DNA of 63,956 nt, counting the filler, from Blastocystis sp. subtype 4 (lineage: Eukaryota), in assembly GCF_000743755.1 (NCBI RefSeq). It is 3 parts of 3 records of this genome, joined end to end, with 100 filler letters (N's around TTAATTAATTAA, not from the genome) between each part and the next. Parts side by side here need not be neighbours in the genome. Positions count along the whole stretch, not along the records: positions 1 to 22,240 come from NW_014569370.1; 2 more parts are not named here. One strand, 5' to 3'. This document shows positions 1 through 12,541 of the stretch, one piece after another (positions within the stretch are counted from its first letter, which is position 1; each line of letters starts with the position of its first letter). The notes under the pieces are model-generated. The model made no database searches. It saw only the letters and a program-made list of their open reading frames with translations, and was not told where the DNA came from. Made by a program: the position numbers and the translations under genes.

Positions 1-285
1 GAAACCCTACCACATTCTGAAAGAACGGAGGATCCACAACAAACGAACCGATAAGGATTCGACGAGGAGTTCGTACACGACTAGGGAAGGGATCACGAAC
101 GATATTATGATGAGATTCTTCATCTATGAACCCATCTGAAGGAATCCTACATCTTAGTCTTCAATCAACCCAATACAGATGATCAGACCAACACTTTTCA
201 TAAACAAGGCTTCCATTTGACAAACGATTCTACTTCAAAGTCTATCCACTTTCATACTTCGTGCCATTGACAATATTCTGTCACA
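1..285 (-). CDS. TMEM43/LUMA-like fragment (spliced; runs off window start; 5' part unclear)
   Basis: Spliced translation RVTEYCQWHE...YEKCWSDHL/IPSDGFIDEESHHN..PFPSRV..RILIGSFVV resembles the TMEM43 lumenal domain pattern (MYQWVE...EWRSEIINSKNF..HKNP..VQIGRF). Confidence 0.45.
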
Positions 286-945
286 CGATATACAGGTAGA
301 GGCCTGAGGCCATGCGTGCTCTGCAGAGGGCGCGGCGCAAGCGCCACACATCGTTGAGCTGAAGCTAAAAGAAGGAGTGCAAAATGGTTAAGCAAACAGT
401 CAAATGATGTGAACAAAGTAATGCTAACTTTCTGACAAAGATGGTACAGTATACAGGGTGACGAACAACCGCGAAATGTGTGACCAAAAATATAGGCTAA
501 TTATGCCGTTCATATAACTGGATAGAAACACGAAAGATGATCTGTAAGTAATATGTTGTTTTAACCGTGATTGAATTCAGCTATATATGCACGAATTTTA
601 TTGGTGCTTATTATAGGGTAACAAATGGATTTAGCAGGATAGTTATTATGGACGTCGATATTTAAAGACTTTTGCATAAGGAAGTGAATTGGATTATACT
701 CTAATTCTTTTCACTTTTCTAATATCTTTTTCATAATTATCGATACCCCTTCTAGTGGTTTGGGTATTGATCTTTGAGAAATCCATCAATCGTTGGTAGA
801 TTCATCGTATTCATCTGTTTGTTCAACTTGCATATACAAAGTGAATAGGACATCCTTATCAGATGGTTTGAGAACTAGATCTAATCTGCAATTGAACAGC
901 TGCTATACAGCTTAAGCCTTTTCGTTAATGTTGTTTAACCACATG

Positions 946-1239
946 TTATACCTTTCCCTTTACGGAAAGACAGATGTTGATGTAGATGTCTGAAGAGATT
1001 GATACTACTTCACCATGACGATCACGCACATCAAACTGAACCGAACGCAAATCACTCATACGAACTCCTGGCATGTTCAAATGACTAAACGAACACACAT
1101 TGTTCAATCCCATTGTTGAGTACATCATACAATCCACTAATGGACTTGTTTCAAATGATATCATTTGCTTTACCAGATTACTGTAGATTCGAATATAGTT
1201 CAATCCATTTGATACATCCACTGGTTCTCTTCCTTTCAC
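946..1239 (-). mobile_element. C-terminal fragment of a Polinton/virophage-type minor capsid (penton)-like protein; second copy at 1731-2010(+) is frameshifted
   Basis: PVDVSNGLNYIRIYSNLV..PLV..G..F..P..LRSVQFDVRDRHGEVV..INICLSV fits the recalled penton C-terminal pattern (YIYVYSDIV..PLL..I.IDIRD..G..V..VTL); intronless. Confidence 0.5.
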
Positions 1240-2010
1240 ACCACTTGCCTGAATCTCATCAAATCATCATCATTCTCATATTCTATCTCAATCGATTCTA
1301 TATCATTACATCTATTCAATCAATATCAATTCACAATTTCAAACACTCTTCTTCAGACAAACAATCAATTCATATCTACTTCATCTTTCATATTCTCATT
1401 CTCTTTCAAATCATCTCTATTTCATTCATATGTTATCATATTCACTTCTATCATCAATACTCTTATCAATCTTCCATCAACTATCTTCATTCATTGAATA
1501 GAGAGATTCTCAAACACAACTCTATAACAATCAATATCAATTGAGATAATCATTATGAAATCAATTTGATAAGGATCTGAATGAGAGAAAGAGTGATCAA
1601 TGAGATAGACTTGACCATTGAGAATCAACAAATTGGACTATTCATCCTTATCAAATCCAACAACAGGATGATACTTGACTCATACAATAGCAGAAGTCTC
1701 ATTTGTTCAAAACAAGATCATCAGCACTGATGTGAAAGGAAGAGAACCAGGGATGTATCAAATGGATTGAACTATATTCGAATCTACAGTAATCTGGTAA
1801 AGCAAATGATATCATTTGAAACAAGTCCATTAGTGGATTGTATGATGTACTCAACAATGGGATTGAACAATGTGTGTTCGTTTAGTCATTTGAACATGCC
1901 AGGAGTTCATATGAGTGATTTGCGTTCGGTTCAGTTTGATGTGCGTGATCGTCATGGTGAAGTAGTATCAATCTCTTCAGACATCTACATCAACATCTGT
2001 CTATCCGTAA
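959..2010. repeat. Long inverted repeat: arms 959-1240 and 1731-2010, ~490-bp spacer
   Basis: Arms are reverse complements with three differences seen by eye (one 1-nt indel, two substitutions); ORFs 946..1239(-) and 1767..(+) share the same peptide. Confidence 0.95.
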
Positions 2011-3050
2011 ACGGGTTTTTTAGAAAGAGTGATTCGAGAGAAGAAAGAGATACCTTGATTGATTACTATGAAAATGGAAAGAAACTATACAAAGAAGGAG
2101 ATACGTTTAGTTGTAGTGGAGAACGAAAGGAGTATGAGAGAGATGGAGAGTCAGTTGAATATATTATGCTATTTAAGAATGGAGAACGAAATGTAGTAAA
2201 AACCCTATACAAAGAGGGATTACCTATATAGATAGGAGAGTGGAAGAATGGTATAGAAGAGGTAAGCGAAAGAAAAATGGAGTGATATGAGTGTGGTAAG
2301 AGAACGAAAGTGGATTAATGGCGAATACAATGTTGTCAAACACTATGAAGATGGATATATTCTGATTGTATTGAATACGCATTGTCTAAGAGGGATTGAG
2401 TATTGGAGATCGGAAATGATCATTTGATAAAGGTGAATTACCTTGTGTTGGAAGGATTAAGTAGTTATGTAAAGATTGGAGAGTAGCTTCCAGCTATTTG
2501 GTAACACTAGTAATGAAAGTAAATGTGTAATCAACTGAAAGAAGTGATTCTATTGTTATGAGTCTTTGGAATTGACAAATTCTCTTTCACTTGTGTCATT
2601 GTGTCCAGTAATAATGTCTTTAATAAATGTCATTCAGTGATATGTGAAAGTAAGGTATTTGAAGGAATTATGAATAAGATCTCATGCAACTACAATCTGT
2701 TGTTCTTGGGTTTTCCACTTTTCAAGGTGTATTTAGTATGGGTAATCTAGCAAGAATCGAATTGTATTCCTTGATAATGAGGAGTATGAATGAATGGTAT
2801 TGATAATCATTAATTAGATCTCCCTGCTCTATCTCGGCTTAGAGGATATGGTCGAAATATCTAATTATATGGGATAATGGAAGTTGAGAGTGATCATTGA
2901 AAGATTATTCGAAGCAGATAGTCCATTACTTAGTTTTGAAGGTATTCATATAAAGTGTCCATTCTATGAGAAGAATCATTATTGTCCTTTTGAAAAAGTG
3001 AAGAAATTGAAGAGTGTCAGTAGGGTCGATTGATTACAATTGAGATTCGG
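2010..3050 (+). pseudogene. Degenerate MORN-repeat/LRR family gene
   Basis: YYENGKK, KEYERDGESVEY, GEWKNG and IGND..FDKVNYLVLEGL remnants match the copy at 43819-44484 but contain stops and frameshifts. Confidence 0.7.
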
Positions 3051-3351
3051 ATTCTTTTAACTACTTCATTCGCCTAAATGGCAAATATGTGACAAAGAAT
3101 GTAGTGAGTCGGCTACTGTCTTCAAGTTTTCAGTATAATTCGGCTCTACACTTCATTAAGTAAAGATCATAGTCCACAGTGCTGACAGGGAATCAGGTTC
3201 AAATGATATTGAATCACACACTAATTGCTATTGTTATATTAAATGGTTTTGTGTCTAGATCCAATGGACTTCGGAAGTACTGATACATTATGCATGCTTT
3301 CTTACTACTCACAAGACTGCTGCTTCTTAGTATAGTAGCATTTCTCTTCTC

Positions 3352-3359
3352 AACAAACA
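3352..3359 (-). terminator. TGTTTGTT 3'-processing motif (cullin-like gene)
   Basis: Starts 5 nt after the in-frame T at 3364. Confidence 0.75.
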
Positions 3360-3363
3360 CAAC

Positions 3364-5114
3364 AAATTTTCAACATACACTCATTCTGTGGATCTCGCGT
3401 CAAGTATTCTTTCTCTATCAACACATCTAGTATACGCTTCAGATTCACTCTATCAACGGACTGACTCTTCTCTAATACATGAAGCAATGCCTGTTCAGAT
3501 AGTCGCTTCTTCTGTTTCATCACTTTCATCACTTGACAACTCAGTTTGGTATCTTCATCAATCAATGAATCATGTTCTATGGATGGACTTAATAGTGACG
3601 CTAAGGACTGCAAAGAGGGAGGTGAAACCAAAGAAGGAAGTTCTATCGTCTCTTTGGATATGACAAGTCGAATCATTTCTTCCGTACTTTCACAACATGT
3701 TAACGATTGAAGGATAAATCGAGTTACAGATGGTTGAAAAGGAGATAATGCAATAAGTTGATTCATTGAAATTGTATCCTCCTCAAATAGTAATAATAAT
3801 TTGGCCTGAGCAGGACAACAATGAATCTCAACGCCATCATATAACAAGATAACATGACCCTACATAAATATCCTTCTCAATTCTCATACATATTCACCTT
3901 GGATCTCATAGCTCCGATCATCTCGCGATCCTCCTTCATAGCGATATGCTGGATTCCCTAAAAATGGTGATAGAAGAGCAGAATTGATCATTTGTTCTTG
4001 AAGTTCACGAATCTGATTTATTGAAGCAATTGTAGACGCGGATAACAGAGATTGAAGGCGAATCGAAGCCTGTTTCTCGATTTCTCGATCAATTGTCTGT
4101 TGACACCATCGGAAGAGAAATAGAGCATAATATAACGTCTCTGCATCCTTCTGACGCTCCTCTTGGAATAACAGCAGGCCGTCCAGTACTTCCTCCGAAA
4201 GACGATTCTTACTTAACTCTTCATGGACCTTCAGCTCCACTGTCTCCAACACTAGAGGCAATCGAAGTAAATGGTTTAGTTTGGGGCCTAGAATCTGTTT
4301 GCAATTCTGTAGAATCGATATGAATTGGTCTCCATATGACAGAGACTGTAGCATCGTCTCTGCTGCAACTTCACACAGCTCTATCAGAACCGACTGTGAT
4401 TGTTGTGACACAAATGGATAGAGAGACGAACAGAGGGTAAACGGGAATGGATGGACCTGACTGAATTCACTTCGAATGTCATCGGAAGACAACTGGATAA
4501 AGAGATTTCGTTTCCACTCCTCAAAATGAGGAATTCGTTCTTTCCAGGAATCCATCTGTGTTATTAGGATTGGAAGTGCCGAAATATCTTCGAGTTGATG
4601 AAGATAATAGTCATGAAGAGGGTCGCAGAGAAAACCCGAAAGAATCCCTTTCGAATCATCAGGATCCAAGTCATGAATCATAGTGCAGTATGTTTGTTGA
4701 TCTAATAGCACGGGGGAGATTGTAGCAAGAATCAAATCCCGCTTTGGATTTACAACCAGTTCAAAGAATACAGATCGGGCAAGTCGTGGGATCACCACCG
4801 GTGAGTCAATCTACTTACAACAAAAATAGTAAGTAATACGATGCCTGATACGATTAGAAACGCCTTTTGATACTTTTCATATACATCAACACATTCCGAT
4901 GCAGAATTGCACAGAGAGCAAATTGATCGACAATAGGAAGCAAACACGTTGATAATACTTGCAATCACTTCCGATTGTTTTTCTACGATCATAAATCGTC
5001 TTTAAATCATAATTTCACTCCAATTCCATACTCTACAAGTCGAAGCCTATCTTGAAGCGAAACTGCTTTTCCATCAACAATTGCCTCTATTATCGGTTTC
5101 ACATCAACTTCCAT
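3364..5114 (-). CDS. Divergent cullin-family protein (spliced; stop predicted from poly(A))
   Basis: C-terminal neddylation-domain motif CQVMKVMKQKKRLS..LKRILDVLIEKEYLTRD; start codon uncertain. Confidence 0.7.
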
Positions 5115-5224
5115 AGACGAAATGATCAGTTCTTCACGCGATTCTTGATCAATACCAAGAATCTCTTCAAGTCATATGGATAGTTGCTTAAACAAAGACC
5201 ATTATAACTATAAATACAACACCT

Positions 5225-8200
5225 TCAAACAATCTCCCGCTCAAGCAACTTCACTGCCGCTTTCATATCCATAGGAAACGAAATACTTGTAGCTGTTGAA
5301 ATCAGAGATTTCTCGGTAACCACCGAATTCCATAACAATCTCTTCTCTGAGTGACAAGTAATAATCTAAAATGTATTGTATACAATTCTCTTACCTTAAT
5401 AAACTCCTCATAGTCCGCCTTCAACAACTCAGATTGGAGAAGAAGTACTAACGCAATAGAAATACGATAAAAGAACTCTGTTCCATCCAGCAAGAACGAG
5501 TCCCAAATCAGAGATGTGATCTACATGAAAGATTCGATTCATCTCCTACACCCATCGGTAACACATTCAGAAAACCACATTGCATCCACTGAAAGAAGAA
5601 TACATCAGTTGGAAGTTGGAGTTCCCGTTTATGTTGGGCTACCTTGGGACAGCATGCCTTTAAACAGTAATCAAAGAGATGGGAATACTTTCTACACATA
5701 AGATACTCACAACACACTGACGGAAGCAATATCTGATTCATTTGGAAATAAGCAAAGAAATGATGACTGACTAAGAGATTGGCAAGAGAACGGAACAAAT
5801 CATACTCGTTAGGAATGTACACAGCCAATAAACCCGCAATGAAACTCATTCCTTGAACATACCCCAAATCGGGCCGATAAATGGCAAAGATCTCAAGACA
5901 CTGCTGTAGTTTGGTTCGAAGAGCAGAGCCAACACGGAATAGTTGTAAAGAACCAAAGGTCCTTGACAAATCTACACCAACTCCTCGAAGTGTCTGTTCT
6001 CTGCCAATGAGAGGACAAGAGGAGGTGCTATTCTGGTCTCGGAATGTATAAGCAAAAGAGAGGCGTTGTCGATACCAGTAACGTTTGTACATGGCGTAAA
6101 TCTCTTCAGTCAGGTGAAGATGGTTGCCAATTCGATCTGACCACAGAACTCCTCGGAGCTCCATCGGCAACCCACGTCTCCACTCCTGTTCCACACGACT
6201 TGTCAATCCCTTCGTTCGGTATTCCAACAACAACTGGCCTCTCCACAGTCCCACTCGCTTCTGTTCCATCAGCTCCTGCTGTCGAATGTGACTTGCTGAG
6301 CTCTGCTGAGTCCCGAAACGTGACGAATCGCCTGCCATTATCTGTGGACCCTGTTCCTGGCTGTGACCACGTGTGGTTACCGAAAGGAATCGTTTCCAGA
6401 GAGTGGATGTTGATGTATCTGACAGAGAAGAATCAACTTGTTTCTCCTGAAGCGAATCCTTCATGCTATACCGACCTTCCTGATTGGTGTCCATTCCTTG
6501 CTTCGCACGAATGAACATACACACTCCATCTCCAGCAGCAACACTTAGAATATCATGGAGCGCAGGATGAGTGAGAAGTTGAGGGCGATAGAACACTGGT
6601 TTGGACTCACCCAGACAGTCATTCTTATTCTGACCCCATCCTAGAACACGACCTTGTGAAGTCCGAAGGAGAACCAAATGTGGGCCACAACGAATATCAA
6701 CAGCTTCTTCCTGTTTATGAAGTACCAAGCCGAGATATAGTTGCGTTGGGAGAAAGGATACTACACGATGTTCGAAATCTTCAGGAACGGGAGATGAACT
6801 ACTCAGAGGGTCACGGATTCCCAGCTCTCCATAACACGCTGAACCCCATGTGAATCTCTACTGACTATCAGAATCCAATCCCTACACATGTCCACTGTGA
6901 TCCAGTGCTACTGAAAAACTCTCTCCACATGCTACCTTCTTCAGAATGGTGTTGGGAGGGAAGCCACTTACCAAACGTGGCGTTCGTAACACTTCCCCAT
7001 CAAAAGGTCCACACTGGCCATCACCACTACGACCACATGCCAGAACCTCTCCATTCATTGTCACAAACAGAGAGAAAGAGTCTCCTGCCGCCACCGATCG
7101 GCAGGAAGCCAGAACTCGCATAGGAGTAGGAATTAAAGTTCCAAAGCTATCGCCCACTCCACACTCACCACATGCATTGGATCCCCAGGCATACACAGTT
7201 CCCGTCTCATCAACAGCCAACGAATGATTGTATCCAGCAGCAATGCAAACAATCCGTGACTCCAGCAGCGAAGCGACCAAGTGAGGAACATCACTGGAAG
7301 TACCAGGCACACCTAACTGGCCAAAAGAATTATTTCCCCAACTATAGACAAATCCGCTGTCAAGGAGAACGAGACAATGGGAATCCCCCAAAGCAACCAT
7401 TTTGATACGACTATTTTGGAGAGTTCGGCGAATACACAAAAATTGGTTCAAAATCGGTTCAGTAAATACCCCTTGGTTGTCCCGATGAGAGAGATACAGA
7501 TCACCAGTACTCGTCAGATAGGCAAGAACTGAAGTACTGCAACAGACATCCACAATATCGACATGACGAAGATGACTCACTTCTTCCATGGAACCACCGC
7601 GAAGTACTTCAAATGATGCCTTCATTTCTTGATCAAATTGAGACTCACTCTCTTCAATACCTAGAATGGTAGCATTCTCCAGTTCATTCTGTTCCTCTTC
7701 TCTATCAATTTTCCAATTCGCTTTGAGACGATTGGCAAATTCTTCGGGAACCGTTTTAATGAATGCATTCTTTAGTTCTTCCAAAACGCCTTGGACCCGA
7801 TCAAGTTCATAGGTCGACTCATGCTCTCTCAGGAAAAATGTAACAATGTCGTTGAATATACGAGACTCCTTCATATCTTCGGTTTCTTGTTCTTGTTCCA
7901 TTTCTCCACGAAGCATGTCGCATGAACACTGAATAGCTGTTTTCCAGCCTTCCATCGCATCTAGGAAACGAGCATTCACAGTGATATCTCCTTCTAAGCA
8001 GCAAATTCGAAAAGCACGATCGTTAGACGAATCCGGTTGCATTCCTAGAATAAGAGGCACTAATAACACGTACCTGTAATATGCTTCAATTTGATCACTC
8101 CATTAGGGGAATTACGATGGCTTTTGTACTGGAATGAATCTTTATAATACAGAAGACTATCGGGACTATATCACTTATCACTCCGCTTTTCGTCGTACGT

Positions 8201-8355
8201 TAGAACAAAGAACTGACTTTTCCATGTTTTGTTTTGCTGTAGGAGAAGGAGATCTCCCGAATCTAGGATGAATGATGCTTCCAAGCCATACAAAGGCTCT
8301 GTGTGAAGTTAAGGATTCTTCCCTCTTCGGAGATCGATTCCTTCGGTGTGCTCAT
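5225..8355 (-). CDS. PH + RCC1-repeat + TBC (RabGAP) protein (spliced)
   Basis: PH-like N-terminus (WKSQFFVL..LLYYKD..GVIKL..EGWKTAI); RCC1 repeats (YSWGNNSFGQLG, IAAGYNHSLA); TBC motifs (VDLSRT, YRPDLGYVQGMSF). Confidence 0.85.
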
Positions 8356-8468
8356 TAGGAAAAAGTGGTCAAGTATCTCAACAAAGAACGTATATATGCC
8401 AAATACTTTACACGCCAATCAATTAAGAACAAAAGAAGATTACGTTTCAGCAGGATAATAGAGATGCT

Positions 8469-9827
8469 TTAATGCATCCCTTTGCCATCCGCCCCTTTGC
8501 CACCACTTTTTGCCTCCCTGTTATTTGCCTCCTTAACACTTCGAATCTCCTTCTTTTGAACAAAAGGAGCCGATTCCAGGGTAGGGCAAGACATACGTCG
8601 AGGGCGTCGTGACATCTCCACCGACCCTGATCGAGGCTTTCGCAGCGATACCTCCTTCGTTTCCACAGAACCCGAACGCGACTTCCGTGTAGTGGCTCCG
8701 GGAGGTGTGTTAGACAACATGATCATCTTCGTGTCTCCCACTTCCTGTGTGTAGTGACACAATCCCAACTTCTCTGCGTAGGTGAACACGATAGACTTCT
8801 CATATCTACATCATACCCACTATTTACACCTACGGAGCAAGGTCGTGAGGAAATACAAGAGAAGGAACCGTACCTGTATTGCGCTCCACAAACTTCGACT
8901 TGAATGTCGTGATTTGATTCCAAATCTGTTGAGCTGTTGATGACAAAAATACGGGCGAATTGGAACTATCAAATTCTCTTCGATCTGTCTTTTTCTTATA
9001 CTCTGCTTTAATGGGAACACCACTCAAAATCGAGTCTTTGAGACAACCACAAGCAATTCCAGCATCCTCAATGTTCATATACTGGACAAACACGAGACCT
9101 CGAAAGCCATCAGCTCGGTGATACGTGAAAGAGAGAGGTTGAACACTTTGTCTTTCCTATATATCAAATACTACCACAACAACCACGATCCATTGTTTGA
9201 AATCCCCTTCTGTTGTACTGACAGGAACATTGGAAAGGACTAGTGTCGTCTACATGAATACCAAGATCTTATCTGTACACTTGTAGGCATACTTCCCTTG
9301 TCTTGACCAGGTTCGATGTTCAAAACATCGGGACCAAAGGCAATACTCTTCATCAACAAAATATCATTGTAGCCAATCTCCGATTCAAACGTGATGAACC
9401 CGAAGAGACGACCTCGTTCATTGTAACGAGGTTGGAAATCAATGCTCCGAATATCAGAAAACCGGGAGTTCATCATCTCCACAAATCCAGCTTTGTCAAA
9501 ATCTGGACTAAAGTTTGATATCTTGACGCGCAACACCTAACTCCTTAATTCACTCCTCTTTTTATGTACAGGTCTTCGAGCTTCCAGTTGAAGGGAGAGA
9601 GACTGAGATCGACGTCGAGAAGAACAAGATCCACTACGCTGTCTATATCAATCATTTTAATTCCATAGAATAGTTACCTTCCCGGCTTTGAACTTGTAGT
9701 TTCGAGAAAAGCAAAACGCGAAGGAGTTGCTTTCGGGCAATACTCAGGAGCTTGCAGATTCTATTCCATCATATGTTATTCAAAAGGAGTATACAAAACG
9801 AGACTCTACTACTTCAGGTGCACTCAT
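8469..9827 (-). CDS. RRM/R3H RNA-binding protein, Pin4/Cip1-like (spliced)
   Basis: Two RRMs (GRLFGFITF; GFRGLVFVQY..IKAEYKK) followed by an R3H-like segment (LVFPHDL..YAEKLGLCH). Confidence 0.7.
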
Positions 9828-9968
9828 TCAAGAAAGATATGAAGTCTTGTTTTTGTGATTCTTTCGAACCACCAGAAGCTGATCGATGGATAAACCAAAA
9901 TATAGGCTCTTTGGAGAAGAATGACACTGCAACAAACATAAGAGAGAAAATTGTATAGAGTACAAATG

Positions 9969-10568
9969 TTACAAATTCCAGTTCATTGGAGGCACTCCCA
10001 GCATTCCAGTCTCCATCAACTGTTGTTGATAATTCACAGTTTCATTTTCTGGTTCTTCGTTGGGTTCAGGTACCACTTCCATTAAGTTGGATGGTTCCAA
10101 CGGTGGGTAATAATAGGACACGACACCCAAATCCTCTGTTCCCTCTTCCTCAGATTCTTCTCCATTCGATTCTTCCTTAGGATTACGATATATCGTTAAT
10201 GCTTGGTTTCGATACTCAGAACTTTGCCTATTTCATCATAAAAACAATCCAAAAACCTACCGGTAGGCATCCTCTTCCATTTTCTGAATAAAAGAGTGAG
10301 GAATCTCTGAAGATCCTTCTCCAGGAAAAGCTAAGGTACGAATAAAAGACTCCGGCAGAGAATTCTGCCACGTACTCGATCCTACACGAGGACGTTTACA
10401 CATTTCTTCCATCGACTCTGGATTACACCGTTTGTCTCGTTTCATTGGATCCATACTCGGCATTTGAAACAAATTCGCACGCTTCGATTCAAACTCATTT
10501 GGTTCTTGAATCTACAAATTAGACATGCAAAATGGATGTACTGAATCGAATGATAACTCTCGTTTCAT
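9969..10568 (-). CDS. Hypothetical protein (spliced)
   Basis: ATG at 10568, exons separated by ~30-nt introns, TAA at 9969. Confidence 0.5.
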
Positions 10569-10592
10569 GGGATGAGTAATCATATAAGAATA

Positions 10593-12247
10593 ATGACTAC
10601 AGATGGAAATCGAAAAAGGGTTCCAATGAAACGCCCTCTCGAACAAGTACTTTTAGAAGCGATCTCGTTTCTATTTAGGTCGTTTCCTTACCAATCTTTT
10701 TCCTGTCATTTTACGAGTACGATCGTATATTTTTCAGCAGGAGACAAATGAAAGGCTATGATGGTGCCATGATTGAACGGTTTTATGATATCAAATGTGC
10801 AGTGTTGACAATTTGTGAGAAGAACCATATGCATGGCCTATCTGAGATGTATGATGTATTTGTTTCTTATTCCTTTAATTTTAGTTCCTCTATAACCAAA
10901 AAGCCCATAAGCTTGAACGAAGACTTATGAAAGAAGAAATCTATGAGCTTGTAAAGGATAAGATGAATCATTCGTCGTTCATCACCAATCTGAAAAGTGC
11001 TCTTCTTCAGGAATCCTTTCGGTATGATACTGTGACTGATGCCGAAGTCAACTCAATTCTGGCTTGGGTTTGTCATCCATCCTATTTTAACCGTAGATCC
11101 GTGTCAATGGGAAAAAGGTTCAAAAGGCAGAACGAGTTTTTAATCGTCCTGCGACCATTATCAAGCGAGTCGTTGAAAAACGAATGGATGTTCTCAAGAA
11201 GAGCAGTTGCTCTTCAATGATTGATACATGCATCATGCTTTATCACTTCGTTAAGTTGTCCCCAAAAGGTTGTCCTGGCTTCTTGTCTTGATTCTAGCCA
11301 TTTTCGACATTAAGGGACGAGAGGCTCCAGAGCGCTACGTCCATTACCAGTACTTTGTAAGGAAGTTACCTGGGTTCTCCAACTTTGCAGCTCGAGCTTT
11401 GAATACATTCGTACTCTTCGCTCATCGACGGTTTGAAATTGATGATTATCGTCTCCTTTTCTCCTTTATTCTTGACAATTCCCGCAACTTTGTTCTGGAT
11501 TGTGAACCTACTCCCTATTCCATTCGTTATTTAACTTAGTTGGAATAAGTAACGCCTCTCATTACTAGTCCTGTCAACACCTTTTTCCATCACATTGAGT
11601 TCATGCTTCGATTTTTCTACTTGTATGTCTATTTCGTGGACGAATTGCCTCCTAATCTGACAATGCGCACATTCATCCACTTTTTGCAGAAGCGACTCAT
11701 TGACGACAAAGAGGATATTCCTTATCTCTTTGCTAATGTAGCACCCTCAGGATGGAAGACGTATGAATTCTGCGGGTTCTGTCACGGACAAAAGGTGACT
11801 TACGTTCGCTTCAGTAAGGAGCTGGATGACGAGGTGATGAAGATGAATGAAATCAGTTATCCTCCTGATGAGGAATTGAAAGAACTCATTCATATGTATC
11901 CCTTGAGTGAGGCAGTACGTTATTCTGGCATTATTCCTTCGGATATGGAACGAAAGGAGGAATTCTTGACAGATGAGGAATGGGAGAAGCGTAAGGCTCA
12001 AAAGAAATTAGAAAAGGAAGAACTAAGGAGGAAACGTATTCAAAAGAGTTTGAGTCCGGGGAAGACCAAAAGGCAAAAAATACACAAAGTGAAGGGAATG
12101 AAAGTCTTTTGTCTTTGTTTGGATCACTTTGATCATTTAGATGAGGTTTTTTGGTCTACTATCGGGTCTATAAGGAATATAGATAATGGCACAGTACAGA
12201 AACAAGCGATAGATTGTTATTATGGTCGTCTTGGATGTAGAAATTGA
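10593..12247 (+). CDS. Hypothetical protein with basic C-terminus (spliced)
   Basis: Chain of + ORFs joined by short GT-AG introns; no recognised domain. Confidence 0.6.
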
Positions 12248-12386
12248 ATCTAAACTTTAATATTGATACAGTAACTCATCACAGAATCGATAATTACATG
12301 AAATACTTCAAAATAGCTCAATTCTAATACCCATAATGAATAATCAAAAAATGTCTTGAGTGGGTCCTTATTACCACAGACACAGC

Positions 12387-12506
12387 AAAAGGGCAGTTTG
12401 CCTAATGCACACTTCAGCGCAAGTGGTGAATCGTTATCAAGAGATTTGCTCTGCGTAATTTTTGTATAGCCCTATGGTGTTGGCATCTTTGCTGATACGA
12501 TAGGTT
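12387..12506 (+). ncRNA. U11: U11 minor-spliceosomal snRNA
   Basis: 5' AAAAGGGC (pairs with U12-type 5' splice site), GCACAC, GAATCGTTATCAAGAGATTT, Sm site AATTTTTG and a 3' hairpin CCTAT...ATAGG, collinear with known U11; lies in an intergenic gap. Confidence 0.85.
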
Positions 12507-12541
12507 CATAGAAGCGAAATCACATCAATTCCATCTTTTCC

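Noticed and set aside
1113..1544. I/S/H/F-rich ORFs (also 43951-44556 and 54849-55256)
   Set aside because: Shadow frames of low-complexity, strand-skewed sequence
6755..6765. Other GTATCCTT/ATATCCTT motifs (also near 13604 and 32015) as U12 splice sites
   Set aside because: They lie inside continuous, sensible reading frames that need no intron
9752..9958. Small + strand ORF
   Set aside because: Antisense to the first exons of the Pin4-like gene; no supporting features
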